The notes beneath the pieces are model-generated. The model was not told the DNA's origin, searched no databases, and saw nothing but the letters and a program-made list of their open reading frames with translations. From contig OZ361259.1 of the NCBI GenBank assembly GCA_977018835.1, positions 4,092,001 through 4,156,000 on the forward strand: DNA of 64,000 nt, given 5' to 3'. The position numbers and the translations under genes are program-made. Below, piece after piece: positions 22,334-33,590 of this stretch (position 1 is the first letter of the stretch; each line of letters opens with the position of its first letter). This DNA is from Minutocellus sp. GHC0000111. Its lineage: Eukaryota.

Positions 22334-23974
22334 TTACTCGCTCTTCTTGGCGCACTTGTTACAAATGTATTTGCCTCCTACCACAAATTCACCTTCCTCG
22401 TAAACAGACTCATCGCAATACCCCTTTCCGCATTTTAGGCAAGTCTCGCCTTCATCTCCTCCAGGGACGATGGTCCGGCAGCAGCCACACCCGCACTTGG
22501 GGCCGGCTTTCTTCCTCATGCCGACGCCGCCACTGTTTCGCTTCTTCTTGGCCCTCTTCTTGGCACTGGGACCGCCAAAGTCTTCGCCGTCAGAGTCGTC
22601 GGATTCGAGTTTCATCTCCACATCAAGGGCCTCCTCCTCCTCCATGTCGGAACTCCACACGTCATCACCTTGCTCGGCGGTCGCCTTCCTCTTCTTGTCT
22701 CCACCGCTACCACCGCCGACGTCTCTGCCGCCACCGTCGGCCGAGTCCTTGGCCGTCTTCTTGGTCTTCTTGGCCTTGGCCGGTACGCCGCCGCCGCCGC
22801 CGGATCCCTTGACCCTCTTGGTCTTCTTGGCCGTCGTGCCGGTACCGCCGCCGTCGCCACCGCCATCGGCCGACGCCATGGGCTTCTTGGCCTTGGGCTT
22901 CTTGGCGGTACCGCCGCCACCGCCGCCGCCACTGTCGGCCGAGGCCTTGGCCTTCTTCCCCTTGGCCTTCTTCCCCTTGGCCTTCTTGGCGGTGTCAGCA
23001 TCGTTGCTGCCACTGCCGCCAGCACCACCACCACCAGAGGCCCCATTGCCGAAGAGACTCACAAGGCTGCTTCCCTTGCTCTTGAGAGGCTGGACGTCGC
23101 ATCGAGGAGGCCCCACCATGACGACGCCAATGCCGTCCGCGCCGCCATCAATGCCAGCAACCCCGGCCCACCCAACGTGGTTGGCAGATCCGCCGCCGAC
23201 GCTCAACTTCTTTTGCTTCTGCAACGCCTCCTTCTCCTCGTCGTTGAGCGGCAGAGGGCGGATTGCCTCAAGCACAGCGCTTGCCTCAACAACAATCGAT
23301 CCATTGGTCCTGTTGGAGTATGCGCTGGCGTTGCTGGAACTTTGCTCGCCCGCTGCACGAGCAGTCATGTTGGCACCCGTACCTCTGAAATTGACCATTC
23401 CACTTTTCACCTTCTTGTCGTATCCGCTGCCGGGACCGTCGCCGTCGGACTCAAGGCACAGGATCATTCCTTCCCAGCGACCCTGCTTTAGCGCAAAAGC
23501 ACGAATACGCGTGCTTTCGTCACGGTACATGCAATGAGGCAAGAGACTGCCGTGTCCCTCTCTGGCAGCCACGTCTGACAGCTCAGTGCTCCAACGGGCA
23601 GCAGCTTCCGCCGTGTAGGCAGTCGCAACAATCGCTCCCCCTCTCTTGGGGTCACGGAGAGCAAACCTGCTGGTAGCTGGAAAGGCCTCATGCCACATCC
23701 TCCTTGCCTCCTTCAAGCTGGTACCATCTGGAACCACAATGATGGCGAGGAAGCCGCACACAATAGAATATCCTCTGTGCCTTTTAGCATCACTGAGTTT
23801 CATAGTAGCTTTGACGGACTGGCCGGTGCCTGCCTCCGGGGCCCATGCAGGATGCTTCCCCATCACTCCTTTTGGCCCTCTCAACACCTCGCCAAACCCT
23901 CCATGGTTGAGGAGGGAAAATTCCGTCCAATGTTGCACCATGGTATTCGGTGGAGGAAAAGCAACTGTGACCAT
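22334..23974 (-). CDS. Element ORF A, unknown function; K/G/A-rich repeats and C-terminal Cys cluster; possible exon 1 at 24115-24052
   Basis: 546-aa ORF with AKKAKGKKAKG repeats, PSAKKRAKKKR and CGCGCC..CLKC..YC..CNKC. A putative 75-nt GT-AG intron at 24051-23977 would keep the frame. Confidence 0.7.
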   Translation of the reverse strand: MVTVAFPPPNTMVQHWTEFSLLNHGGFGEVLRGPKGVMGKHPAWAPEAGTGQSVKATMKLSDAKRHRGYSIVCGFLAIIVVPDGTSLKEARRMWHEAFPATSRFALRDPKRGGAIVATAYTAEAAARWSTELSDVAAREGHGSLLPHCMYRDESTRIRAFALKQGRWEGMILCLESDGDGPGSGYDKKVKSGMVNFRGTGANMTARAAGEQSSSNASAYSNRTNGSIVVEASAVLEAIRPLPLNDEEKEALQKQKKLSVGGGSANHVGWAGVAGIDGGADGIGVVMVGPPRCDVQPLKSKGSSLVSLFGNGASGGGGAGGSGSNDADTAKKAKGKKAKGKKAKASADSGGGGGGGTAKKPKAKKPMASADGGGDGGGTGTTAKKTKRVKGSGGGGGVPAKAKKTKKTAKDSADGGGRDVGGGSGGDKKRKATAEQGDDVWSSDMEEEEALDVEMKLESDDSDGEDFGGPSAKKRAKKKRNSGGVGMRKKAGPKCGCGCCRTIVPGGDEGETCLKCGKGYCDESVYEEGEFVVGGKYICNKCAKKSE

Positions 23975-24588
23975 TGCTGGAAATCAAAACCGATTTCAAA
24001 AAATCCAGTTTCGCTGGAAAAAAAAACAAAAAGGAGATTCATTTCTTACACCTGCAAAAGCGGCGGAGGCAGGACAAAGCCCCCGCCGCCGCTGATCTAC
24101 CCCAGCGACCATCATGGTTGAGGCACAAGAGGGGAGAGACGCATATGGCTGCGCGGGCGCGCGATGCTCTCTTGCGCCGGTGTCTCAAGGTCGGAAGACC
24201 GACGGCGCACAGACTAGCGGTAGCGGTCGCGGTTGTGCAGCATCGGCCGGTGGGTAGCGGCGGTGAGGCATTGATTCCGCTGGAAATTCTGGTGGGTCTC
24301 ATTTTGATGAGTTCCTGGCGTGCCCTCCATTCGGCGTATACTCCAAGGTTGTGAGTTGTGGATGACATCTTTTGTACATACCGTTCATGCACATAGTACA
24401 AGTGGTGGACTCTGCAAAACAAACGCATTGCGAAGTACGTTCATTACGATAACGCTGGCTGAGATGGTTGGACTGAGCATGGCAATGTCCCAAGTAGGCT
24501 GTATAGTTAGAATAGAAGATGAGATGAAAAGTTTAGAGGCTGCGTTATGTTTTGATTTATTCGTTATTGGTACCACCTATTATGGTAT

Positions 24589-27033
24589 TTACAGTCCGTA
24601 CGCCGCTAGACGAGACTCGGCCACTCCAGCAATCTTACTCGACTCCTTCTTTTTGCTGCTGGACTTGCCATCCTTGTTCTTCTTTTGGCGCCTCTTCTTC
24701 TTTGCATCGACCTTGGATTCCGAGGTTTCATCTTTGGCGTCTGCGGGGGCTGGCTTGTCCTTCTTCTTTTTATCTTTCTTTTCGGCCTTCTTCTCAGAGG
24801 CGTTCTCTTTGCCGGTGGCATCTTCCGCCTTCTCCTTCGCGGGCTCATCCACGCCAGCACCGTCTCCGCCCTTCTTCTTTTTCTTTTGACGGCGTCTCTT
24901 CTTCTTGGGCTTATCGCCTTCTCCAACCTCCTCAGTAGCAGCAGGATCTTCCGCCTGCTCGGCATCGGCCTCGGGCTCGGCCTCCAGAAGTTCCTCGTAA
25001 TCATACTTGGCAATATCACGGAAGCGCTTGCGCTTCTTCGTTCCTGGAAGATATTCTTCGCCTTCGCGATAAGGTGCCATTCGCTTGAGACTAACAAATT
25101 GCTTCAACGTAGTATCCTTGGCAAATAAGATCTCCTGAGGCGTAAGACCAAAGCGATTGGCTTCGACCTTGCGATACTTGAAGCGAGTTGGCATATCGCC
25201 AATGATATCTTCGTAGTCGAGCTTGTACAGCTCATCCTCCATCTTCTCTCTCAATTTCTTTTCGATACCCGTTTCCTCCTCGAAGTCGGCAGGAGGTTCT
25301 GGGTCAAAATCCAAATCTTCGTCACCGTCATCGTCGCCAAGCTCCTCATCGCCACCTGCGTCCTCATCGTTGTATTCGTCGTACATGTCTCCAGTATCCT
25401 CGTTAATTATGTCTCCCTCTGCGCCAGTTTCGTCGCGCATGAGGCTTTCCTTGACATCGGCATCGGTCTTCCACTCGGCATCTTCCTTATCGTAGAAATC
25501 GTCACCATATGCCTTGGACATGATGGCCTCGAACTTTTCAGGATCATAATCACCCTCCATAAGCTTCATTAGAGCAGCCTCGTCGATATCGGCATCACCC
25601 TCCTCGGCCGCACCAGCAACGTGCCAGACCTGCTTCATGCGGCCCTCCAGCTCCTCCCTTTTGGCATTTTTGAGGCGGCGAAGTCGCTCCTCCTTTGCCT
25701 TCCTCTCGGCAGCCTTCTTCTCCTTCCGAGCGAGACGCTTTTGCTTCCTCGTCTCATCCTTACGACGGAGTGTGTCAGTAGTGTGAGCACCTCCACGGGC
25801 ATAGCCAACGACGCTGTAGGCGGCACCGGATTCTCCACTCTCTGCAGAGGCGGCCGCCTCCTCGAAACGGAAGTTGTACTTCGACTCGAAGGCGTCCATC
25901 TGCTCGAGCTCGTCAAGAGAGGCATCGGAATCATGACCATCATCGTCTTTGATTTTGGAACGGTAGATACCACGCTCCTCGTCGTCATCATCATCACTAT
26001 CACTTTCCTGCAGGTCCTTGTCGACCCAACGCTTATTCTTGATGAAATCGAGCAAGAATTTATCGCCATCTCCCACCTCATCACGAGGATCACTCACGGT
26101 GGCATCGCCAGTACCCAGCTTCTCGAGCTCGGATATCTCACTCTCCACCATCCTCTGAGCACGATCGGCATCGGCCTTGGACACGGGCTTCTTCACCATC
26201 CAATTGTCTCCGTCGTCGTCGCTATCGTTGGAGTTGTCGTCATCGTCAGAATCATCCTTGGTCGACTTGAGGAAGGCGGCGCGCAATTCTCGCTGTTCAT
26301 CGTCGTAAGCAAATCGAGAGGCGGGCCCATCGTCATCCTGATGACGGCGAGAGGAAGCATTGCCATCGTCGTCGCTGCCGGCGTCTTTATTGCCCTCTCC
26401 ACGTTCCTCGGCGTCTATCTGCTCGAGCACCTGCTCCCTCACCACGTCCTTGTATTTCATTGGCTTATGACTCTTGCCCTTCTTTTTGCCCTCGCTGCTA
26501 TCATCATCGTCGTCATCTTCCTTGAAGAATTTTGCATTCTTATCGTAAATTGACTTGTCCTTGTTCTTCAAAGCCTTGATGGTGCGGAGGATACTGAGGT
26601 CCATACCAGGTGTCATGAGCTCGCCGTCTTCGTCTTCCTCTTCGCTGCTACTATCATCCTCATCGTCGCTGTCGAGGTATTCTCCCGACTGCCGAGCGTT
26701 GAGCAACTCCTCCCGTCGCTTGCACTGATCGAATTCCCGAGCGTACTTCTTGTTCACCTTGAGGATGGACTTGGGCGCATTGGCTTGCTCTTCTTCATCA
26801 GATGAGCTGTCCTCGTCAGAGGAGTCGTCCAAGAGCTGCTGCTTCTTCTCTTGTTCCTTCTTCTCATCCTTTTTTGAAAGCGGCATGTCTTGTGCTTTTT
26901 TGCTCGTCGTCACCTTCTTCTTGGAATCGGCACGTTCGCTGCTCGAAGAGTCGCTTCTGCTTCCACTACTCGTGGTGCTAGTAGCACTGCTACTGCTACT
27001 GTCACTATCGCTGTCGCTGCTAGAGGACGACAT
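24589..27033 (-). CDS. KRI1: KRI1 40S ribosome biogenesis protein
   Basis: 814 aa with FESKYNFRFEE, TLRRKDETRK, ELYKLDYEDIIGDMPTRFKYRKV..FGLT..EIL and SRLAAYGL. Confidence 0.93.
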   Translation of the reverse strand: MSSSSSDSDSDSSSSSATSTTSSGSRSDSSSSERADSKKKVTTSKKAQDMPLSKKDEKKEQEKKQQLLDDSSDEDSSSDEEEQANAPKSILKVNKKYAREFDQCKRREELLNARQSGEYLDSDDEDDSSSEEEDEDGELMTPGMDLSILRTIKALKNKDKSIYDKNAKFFKEDDDDDDSSEGKKKGKSHKPMKYKDVVREQVLEQIDAEERGEGNKDAGSDDDGNASSRRHQDDDGPASRFAYDDEQRELRAAFLKSTKDDSDDDDNSNDSDDDGDNWMVKKPVSKADADRAQRMVESEISELEKLGTGDATVSDPRDEVGDGDKFLLDFIKNKRWVDKDLQESDSDDDDDEERGIYRSKIKDDDGHDSDASLDELEQMDAFESKYNFRFEEAAASAESGESGAAYSVVGYARGGAHTTDTLRRKDETRKQKRLARKEKKAAERKAKEERLRRLKNAKREELEGRMKQVWHVAGAAEEGDADIDEAALMKLMEGDYDPEKFEAIMSKAYGDDFYDKEDAEWKTDADVKESLMRDETGAEGDIINEDTGDMYDEYNDEDAGGDEELGDDDGDEDLDFDPEPPADFEEETGIEKKLREKMEDELYKLDYEDIIGDMPTRFKYRKVEANRFGLTPQEILFAKDTTLKQFVSLKRMAPYREGEEYLPGTKKRKRFRDIAKYDYEELLEAEPEADAEQAEDPAATEEVGEGDKPKKKRRRQKKKKKGGDGAGVDEPAKEKAEDATGKENASEKKAEKKDKKKKDKPAPADAKDETSESKVDAKKKRRQKKNKDGKSSSKKKESSKIAGVAESRLAAYGL

Positions 27034-27185
27034 TGTTGACTACGCCAATGGTACTCTCGATCCTTTCCGCGGCGGCGCGGAGAGCGAGAAATGAGCCCGA
27101 AATTTCATTGGCAATGGCGTGGTGACGGAAGATGGACAGACCGTTCAGCATTTAATCGAACCTGCGCGCGCATGCGCGCAAGCCG

Positions 27186-28283
27186 ATGAATGAAGCATTC
27201 ACTGTGGTGAGAGACACTGTTGGAGAGACAATGAGCTCCAATATGGCTTTACCCGGCGATGAAATGGAAACGGCAGCATCGTATTATGTTTTGTACGCCG
27301 AACTGGCCGCATCGGCAGGACAGCAGCAACAAAACTTCGAAAACGAAGAAGATGGTTACGAGGCCTGGGCAGAAGAAGACGATTGGACAGAGGAGCGCAT
27401 GGAAGAGGCCAAGTCGACGCTCGCCGCAAACGAAGAGCTGTGCGATGTGGCCTCTTCCTCGGCCAAAGGATCATACATCATCCAGCAATATGAGCAAAAT
27501 GCAGGCAGCAACTGGAACGACTTCTATAGTAGGCACCAAAACAAATTCTTCAAGGATCGGCATTATCTCCACAAAACATTTCCAGAGGAATTTGGGGCGT
27601 TGTATGAGGATAGCGATAGCAATAATGACTCAGATGTGACCAATGGCCAAGCCTTTACGGTGATGGAAATTGGATGTGGCGTTGGAAATACAGTCCTTCC
27701 GCTGCTCGAACGAGGAGAGGAGGCAGTCATCAGTGGAAAACGCCGTCGCATTAACGTTTGGGGACTTGATTTTGCCAGTGTGGCCATTGATTTGTTGAAG
27801 AAAGACGAGCGCTTCGTCGAGGCTTCGGCGAATGGAAGGGCACACGCGGGAGTTTGGGATATCACACTGCCACCGCCGATAGAATATTCTATTGGAAGCA
27901 TCAGTGATGTATCAATACTGCTATTTTGTCTGTCGGCCATCAGCCCAGAAAAGATGCCTGATGCAGCACGGCATGCGGCTTCAACTCTAAAACCTGGAGG
28001 CACGTTGGTTTTGCGAGATTATGGGCGCTATGATGAGGCGCAAATGAAACTAGGAGCATCCCGTTGCAAGCGGCTTGGAGAGAATTTATATGTCAAGAGT
28101 GACGGAACGAGATGTTATTACTTTGAACTGGAAGATTTGCGACGATTGTTTGGCCCAGATGGCGCTGGACTGGAAGTTATGGAGCTGAAATATCTCCGAA
28201 GAGTATACGGGAATCGATCAGAAGACGCAGAAAGACGACGGGTTTGGGTACAGGCGCGGTTTAGACGACCAGATCTAAAATGA
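27186..28283 (+). CDS. METTL2/METTL6-family tRNA m3C methyltransferase, copy 2
   Basis: As copy 1, except WNDFY instead of WDDFY. Confidence 0.88.
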   Translation: MNEAFTVVRDTVGETMSSNMALPGDEMETAASYYVLYAELAASAGQQQQNFENEEDGYEAWAEEDDWTEERMEEAKSTLAANEELCDVASSSAKGSYIIQQYEQNAGSNWNDFYSRHQNKFFKDRHYLHKTFPEEFGALYEDSDSNNDSDVTNGQAFTVMEIGCGVGNTVLPLLERGEEAVISGKRRRINVWGLDFASVAIDLLKKDERFVEASANGRAHAGVWDITLPPPIEYSIGSISDVSILLFCLSAISPEKMPDAARHAASTLKPGGTLVLRDYGRYDEAQMKLGASRCKRLGENLYVKSDGTRCYYFELEDLRRLFGPDGAGLEVMELKYLRRVYGNRSEDAERRRVWVQARFRRPDLK

Positions 28284-28319
28284 TAATGAGTAGCTACATA
28301 GCTTCTTAGAATTATTGAT

Positions 28320-29771
28320 TTACCCTCCTCTCAATAGAAAGTGAGGCTCGCCAGAATTGCCCCTCGCAATCATCATGGTGTCATCGAGGTATGTTATTTC
28401 CAAGTATCGGCTTCCTCTCCATGAATTCGGCAAAGGCAGGTCGATGCCACCGATTCTCACCCCCTCAAAGCGTTCGATCAGTAGCACACCGTCAGTTTCG
28501 TCATCGTACGCCATTGGCATGAGGCTTGTGGAGAGAACTACATCAACATCTGCTCCAAGCACTTTGCTTTCAAGCACAATTTCTACCAGCCTTTGTTCCT
28601 CGCTGATTCTCATATAGACATCCTTTACTGCGAAAATGAGCTGCAATGGACTGAACCCTTCCTCAACTTGCAATTGTTTCAGCAGGTCGGTGCCAACATC
28701 AGATTTTGATAGCACAAAGTTCCATTTTGAATTCAAGCTCTCATCATATGCCGGCTTCGTAGACGACGGTCTTAACAGCTCAAGCTCTTCCATCAGCACT
28801 ATAGGATCATGAGATCCATCACTGGCCACTGGATTTGTCAATATTCGTTTGATTTCATCTCGTCGTCTTTGTGTTTCCTCTTCTTCTTCGATTGAGCATT
28901 CGTCCTCATTTATGCACCCTCGTGGTCGGTGTGATGTTGCTGCCATGGTAATGGCGTCCTTGCTCTCCAAGACGTCGTAGCCTTCGCATATACCCGATGC
29001 AACGTTGAGAGATGCAGCGGCTACACTTTCCACAGATACGGGCGCCTCGAGAGGAACACCCAAAGAGTCGGGCAGCGCTCTTGAAAGTGCTTGGATAGGA
29101 TAAAGGCCGAGCACTTCTTCTGCTAGACGTCCAACAGAAGTCGCAACTCGAGGTGGCGAAACACCAAATTCATCACCCCCATACACAAATGTAGGTTGCA
29201 CTATGCAAGCGTTTGCACCAAACAACTCTCGAATAACTTTCTCGCTCTCCTCCTTTCCCCGCGCGTAATCTTGTAGGAATGGCACACTCTTTGACAGCCT
29301 CCGCACTCTGGGACTGTTGCCAATAGCTACAAATCTTGTCACGCCCGCGGTAGACGCCCCTCGGGCTGCCGCCGCTGTTGCTGCGTTGATCGCGCGATCT
29401 TGTGATGTACCTGAAAGCGAACCGACGGTGGAAATCACGCCGGTACAACCCACTGCCAACCGTGCAATCTTCTCTTCTGCATCTGGAGATGTCAAGTCGA
29501 TAGCAATAGTTCCATCTTTCCCAGACGTTGAAGTGCATACCAGCTCGACATTAGGGCGATCCTTGACCTGCTTAACAATTTCTTGACCCAAGAAGCCACT
29601 GCTGCCAAGGAGTAAGATCTTGGCCGCGCTTGGCGGTGGTGGAGATTGTGATGAGGTTGGTATGGAAAAGCAGTTGCTGAGTTGTATCAAATGGACCAGC
29701 AAGAATAGAACGGATTTGCTGGTGTGCTTTTGTCTTGGTGGATGGGAGGGCGGTTGGGAGCGTAGAGGCAT
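28320..29771 (-). CDS. Epimerase/SDR-like plus PAP-fibrillin protein, copy 2
   Basis: Same translation as 3081-4532. Confidence 0.7.
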   Translation of the reverse strand: MPLRSQPPSHPPRQKHTSKSVLFLLVHLIQLSNCFSIPTSSQSPPPPSAAKILLLGSSGFLGQEIVKQVKDRPNVELVCTSTSGKDGTIAIDLTSPDAEEKIARLAVGCTGVISTVGSLSGTSQDRAINAATAAAARGASTAGVTRFVAIGNSPRVRRLSKSVPFLQDYARGKEESEKVIRELFGANACIVQPTFVYGGDEFGVSPPRVATSVGRLAEEVLGLYPIQALSRALPDSLGVPLEAPVSVESVAAASLNVASGICEGYDVLESKDAITMAATSHRPRGCINEDECSIEEEEETQRRRDEIKRILTNPVASDGSHDPIVLMEELELLRPSSTKPAYDESLNSKWNFVLSKSDVGTDLLKQLQVEEGFSPLQLIFAVKDVYMRISEEQRLVEIVLESKVLGADVDVVLSTSLMPMAYDDETDGVLLIERFEGVRIGGIDLPLPNSWRGSRYLEITYLDDTMMIARGNSGEPHFLLRGG

Positions 29772-30153
29772 CTTTCATATGGTCGTGGTCTATGAAAGAA
29801 GAATGGAGGCATCAAAGACTGGGCTGATCCTGGGCTGGCTGCCGTCCGTAAAATAAATGTCCGCAAAGGTATCATGCACTTTTGTTTAGCAAGTCGAATG
29901 AGTCGAGTCTGATGAGTTTGGCGCCAAACGCAATCAGGCGTTGCGCAAACATCGCCAAAAATGCAAGTCGAGGAGGATTTTGCTTCTCACCAATGCCACT
30001 GTTGCACAATAAAGTCCCGCTGTGATATTCAACGCAGCAGTTGAGAGATACCAACACGACTTAGCTGCATACAACGCACGCATTGTCCGCTCACTGATTC
30101 GTTCACTGAAAGTTTTCCAAACAAACACTTATTTCACTCAAATCATTTGTAAC

Positions 30154-30939
30154 ATGAAACCAATCGCATCCGCCATCGTTATCAGCCTCGCCGCATCTGG
30201 AGTTGCTGCCGTAGCCGCCGCCCATAATAAGAAGAGACAGCTCCGAGGTGGAAATCCCAATCAACAGCATCGATCTCTCGAGGGAGAATGCGTGGGCGTC
30301 CCCAACGGTCAATGGAGGCCAACTCCAGGATGCCACGGTGCGGCACTTTGCATGAACGATGAGGAATTCTTCCTGTATCCGTGCAATGAAGAGGAGGGTT
30401 TCCTCTATGACGAGACCAGGGGCGGATGTGCTCCCAAGGCCGAGGTGACGTGTAAAGTTGGTTGGGAATCCATCGGGGTAGAGGGTGACAGTGCTGGGGA
30501 CGGCGAGGCTGGTGATGGAGAAAGCGAGACTAGTGAAGAAGAAGATACTGGTGATGCCACTGAGGGAGAGACTGGTGATGCGACTGAGGGAGAGACTGGT
30601 GACGCCGCGGAGGAAGAGACTGGTGACGCCACGGAGGAAGAAACTGCCGACGCAGGTGCCGACACTGGTTTCGACGCTGATTCAGAAACTGTCGATATTG
30701 CCGATGCCGTAGAGGATAATAGCGACGGCACTGAAGAAGCCGCCGATGGCGAGACAGGAAACGAGAAGGAGAAGCGAATGTGCAACACGATGGAAGAGAG
30801 GACGTACTTCAAAGCATGTAAGAAGTTGCACTGCGTCGGTCTCAGGGATGAACCTCTGGAAGACTGCAAGGAGATGTGCAGGCTACAGGAGTGCACTTAT
30901 GAGGACGAAGATGAGGAGGAGGACGAAGAAGGAAATTGA
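30154..30939 (+). CDS. Secreted CBM14-like acidic-repeat protein, copy 2
   Basis: Same translation as 4915-5700. Confidence 0.6.
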   Translation: MKPIASAIVISLAASGVAAVAAAHNKKRQLRGGNPNQQHRSLEGECVGVPNGQWRPTPGCHGAALCMNDEEFFLYPCNEEEGFLYDETRGGCAPKAEVTCKVGWESIGVEGDSAGDGEAGDGESETSEEEDTGDATEGETGDATEGETGDAAEEETGDATEEETADAGADTGFDADSETVDIADAVEDNSDGTEEAADGETGNEKEKRMCNTMEERTYFKACKKLHCVGLRDEPLEDCKEMCRLQECTYEDEDEEEDEEGN

Positions 30940-31354
30940 AAGTAGTGTGAACGAGGAGGAGGGAATGTCAGAAAGTATTGAAGCTATCAAAAAGTGGAAC
31001 GAAAAGACAGCATATGTGTTTATTTATGTGTACAATATAAGATGAGGCTCCAAGATGAATCAATTCATAACTCATGAGAGGCGAAAGAGATGCGATTGCT
31101 TCTCGTTCTTTCGTTGCCACTGTGCGGCACACTGCACGCGCTTTGCTGCTCCGGATCAGGGGCTTCCTTGCATACTATTCGTCGTATCTCATACCTAGCC
31201 AGCACCTACGTACGAGCCCCCGTACGTAGGTAGGTACGCACGAAGCAAGAGCACACGAGGACCACCAATCTGTCAACAACGGCGCACCAGCTCATCAAAC
31301 CAATCAGCCATCAACCATCAAGGCAATCGCCATCCACTTCCATTCTAAGCAACC

Positions 31355-33150
31355 ATGCGATTAATACCTTCGTTCATTATATGCGCACAGCTATGCTCCC
31401 TTGCCGATAGTCGCTTTGCGCCGATACCCCAAGCACGAGTATTGGATTTGCGTGGGGGTTCAACGTCGCAGCTTGACTCAACAAAGTTACAAGTGCCGGC
31501 ATCATATGCCGAGCAAATACAACCAGAGGGGAAAACATCAGAGCCAGAACAATTTATTGAAAATGATCAAATAGATCATTCGCCAGCACTGCACTCAATC
31601 TCGGTGGATCCGGTGACATCTGTTCCAGCTGGCGGTGAGGTGGCAAAGACGGCTGAAGAAATTGAGCATGGTCGATTGTTGATGCTCATCCGAGTTTTAT
31701 TCCTGTGCTTTTACGGCAGTCTGGGATCTCTCATGCCGTATTTGCCGGTGTACTACCAATCTTTGGGGCATGGCGGGCTCATCATTGGCTTGCTGGGCAG
31801 TATCAAACCTCTCACTACGTTCTTCGTGGCGCCGATCTGGGGCTTTCTGTCGGACCAATCGGGAGAGAACAAATTCAATGTGTTGAAAATCACCTTCATG
31901 GTATCGCTGCTTTCGCAGCTCGTTGTGCCATTTCGGAACGATGTGAAGTTCTTGATGACAATGGTTTTTATTACTGCCATCGTCAATGCACCGGTCAAAA
32001 GCCTCATTGATTCGTTTGTAATGGATCACTTGAGCGAAGCGGACCGAACGCAGTATGGAAAGTTGCGCCTGTGGGGGCAGCTTGGTTTTGGCATTGGAAG
32101 TAGTGGTGCTGGCGTAATATTGAGCAAGTCTCTTGCCAACGGCGGAGAAATCACTACCGAGGCTGCTTCGATGGCGCAATCTGCCGGAGTTGTCGACTTT
32201 TTATCGAAAATTGCTCTGCATTTATGGGACCATTTGCGAGGATACAAGTTGCTCTTTGCCCTGCACGCTTTGTTGGCGGTCCCAACGTGGCTTTGTCTAA
32301 GAGAGTTCCACAAAATGGATGAAAAGAAGACCATTGCCAAGAAGCGGAGATTTCTCAGCAAGCCTGTAGAAGAACGGGAAGAAGAGCCAGAACCGGTGCA
32401 TATCGTCGATGGCATCCGTGCCCTATTGACGAGTTCTGATGCGATGCTCTTTTTCTTCCTCGTCTTTGTTGTTGGCCTATCCTCTGGATGTATCGAGAAC
32501 TTTGCCTATGTGCGGATACGTGAAGTAGGCGGGTCAGGCAAGGAAATGGGCATTTCTCGTCTTGTGAGCTCTCTTGCTGGGGCTCCCATGTTTTACTTTT
32601 CTGGCTCATTGACGGAACGTCTCGGAGCGGACAAGGTATTGGTACTGAGCCTACTGAGCTACGTGTGCCGATTCTTTATTTATGCTGCCATGAAGCACCC
32701 CTACCATGGCCTGCCCGCAGAAGCTTTGCGAGGCTTAACTTTTGGTGCATTCTGGAGTACTGGCACTGTCTACGCACATCGCATTGCGCCTCATGGTATG
32801 CACGCGACGATGGTAAGTGGGGGAATGTGCGGTGTGAAATGCAATATTTCGATACATTCATTTTAGTGTGTTAGGCTTATCTAACCTCGTCACTTTCCTT
32901 CTCTCGACATATATACCTGCAGTTGATATTCTTGAACGCCATGTACGGAGGTCTTGGACCATCGCTCGGCGCCCTCATCGGTGGCAAGCTCCAACAGAAT
33001 TTTGGCACGGCAAGGACCTTCGTTCGTGCTGGCCTCTTTGATCTTTGTTTCGTAGGACTTGTAGTGGCGTACCTAAGTTGTCGAGTAACTGGATTCAGAG
33101 ACCCCCAACCGCTTCAAGTGGAGAGCAAGAAGAGGGGGAAGCAGAGATAA
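31355..33150 (+). CDS. MFS transporter, join(31355..32812,32923..33150), copy 2
   Basis: Same as 6116-7911. Confidence 0.88.
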
Positions 33151-33590
33151 CATTCATAAAATCACCTGAGGAAAGTTTTGCTAGAAATTTCTAGAGAGAT
33201 TCTGGTGAAATAAATAGACGTCGAGGAAATGTATCGCATGTCGTGCTACTTTTTGAGCCACCGATACTCAAGATCTCTAGGTCGGCAGAAGACGTGGTTG
33301 TTGTTTGTGAAGTCTCTCCACTTCAATCCTTCACCATGCCCCCTTCCAATTGACCAGCCAGCCACCAATGCTGCTGCCGTCGGCACCTCACCAAATTTGA
33401 GACCAAAATAGTCGAAGGTTCTGTCCGTCGTCCGATCTGATGGCATTTATTCCTGCAACTTGAGTACCAGCACCAGCAAATCCTCTGCGATACTGGAGGC
33501 AACCTCCGACGAAGGCTCTCGAGTTGCCGCAATTACTTCTTTGTTGTTGTTTCGCCCTGTTATTTATCATTTGCTGAAGCGCTTGGTGCA

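Larger units (their letters stand above)
20704..24216. mobile_element. Unclassified ~3.5-kb inserted element with a Helitron-like right end and two cargo ORFs
   Basis: Interrupts a host ORF. Right end has the hairpin GTCGG-AAGA-CCGAC (24190-24203) 10 nt before CTAG (24214-24217). No TIR seen; only a GC dinucleotide is shared at the junctions. Confidence 0.7.
19984..24354 (+). pseudogene. Plastid-targeted multi-pass membrane protein split by a 3.5-kb insertion; reconstructed join(19984..20703,24217..24354)
   Basis: Leader ends in VEG-F. The hydrophobic helix TSSLRIII stops at 20703 and resumes in the same frame at 24217 as AVAVAVVQHRPVGSGGEALIPLE..WRALHS. Confidence 0.75.

Noticed and set aside
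22470..23537. Long + strand ORFs within the insertion
   Set aside because: Antisense shadows of the repetitive K/G/A region of ORF A.
24004..24030. Hairpin TCCAG/CTGGA flanked by A/T runs, like a bacterial terminator
   Set aside because: Eukaryotic context; it lies within the putative intron of ORF A.
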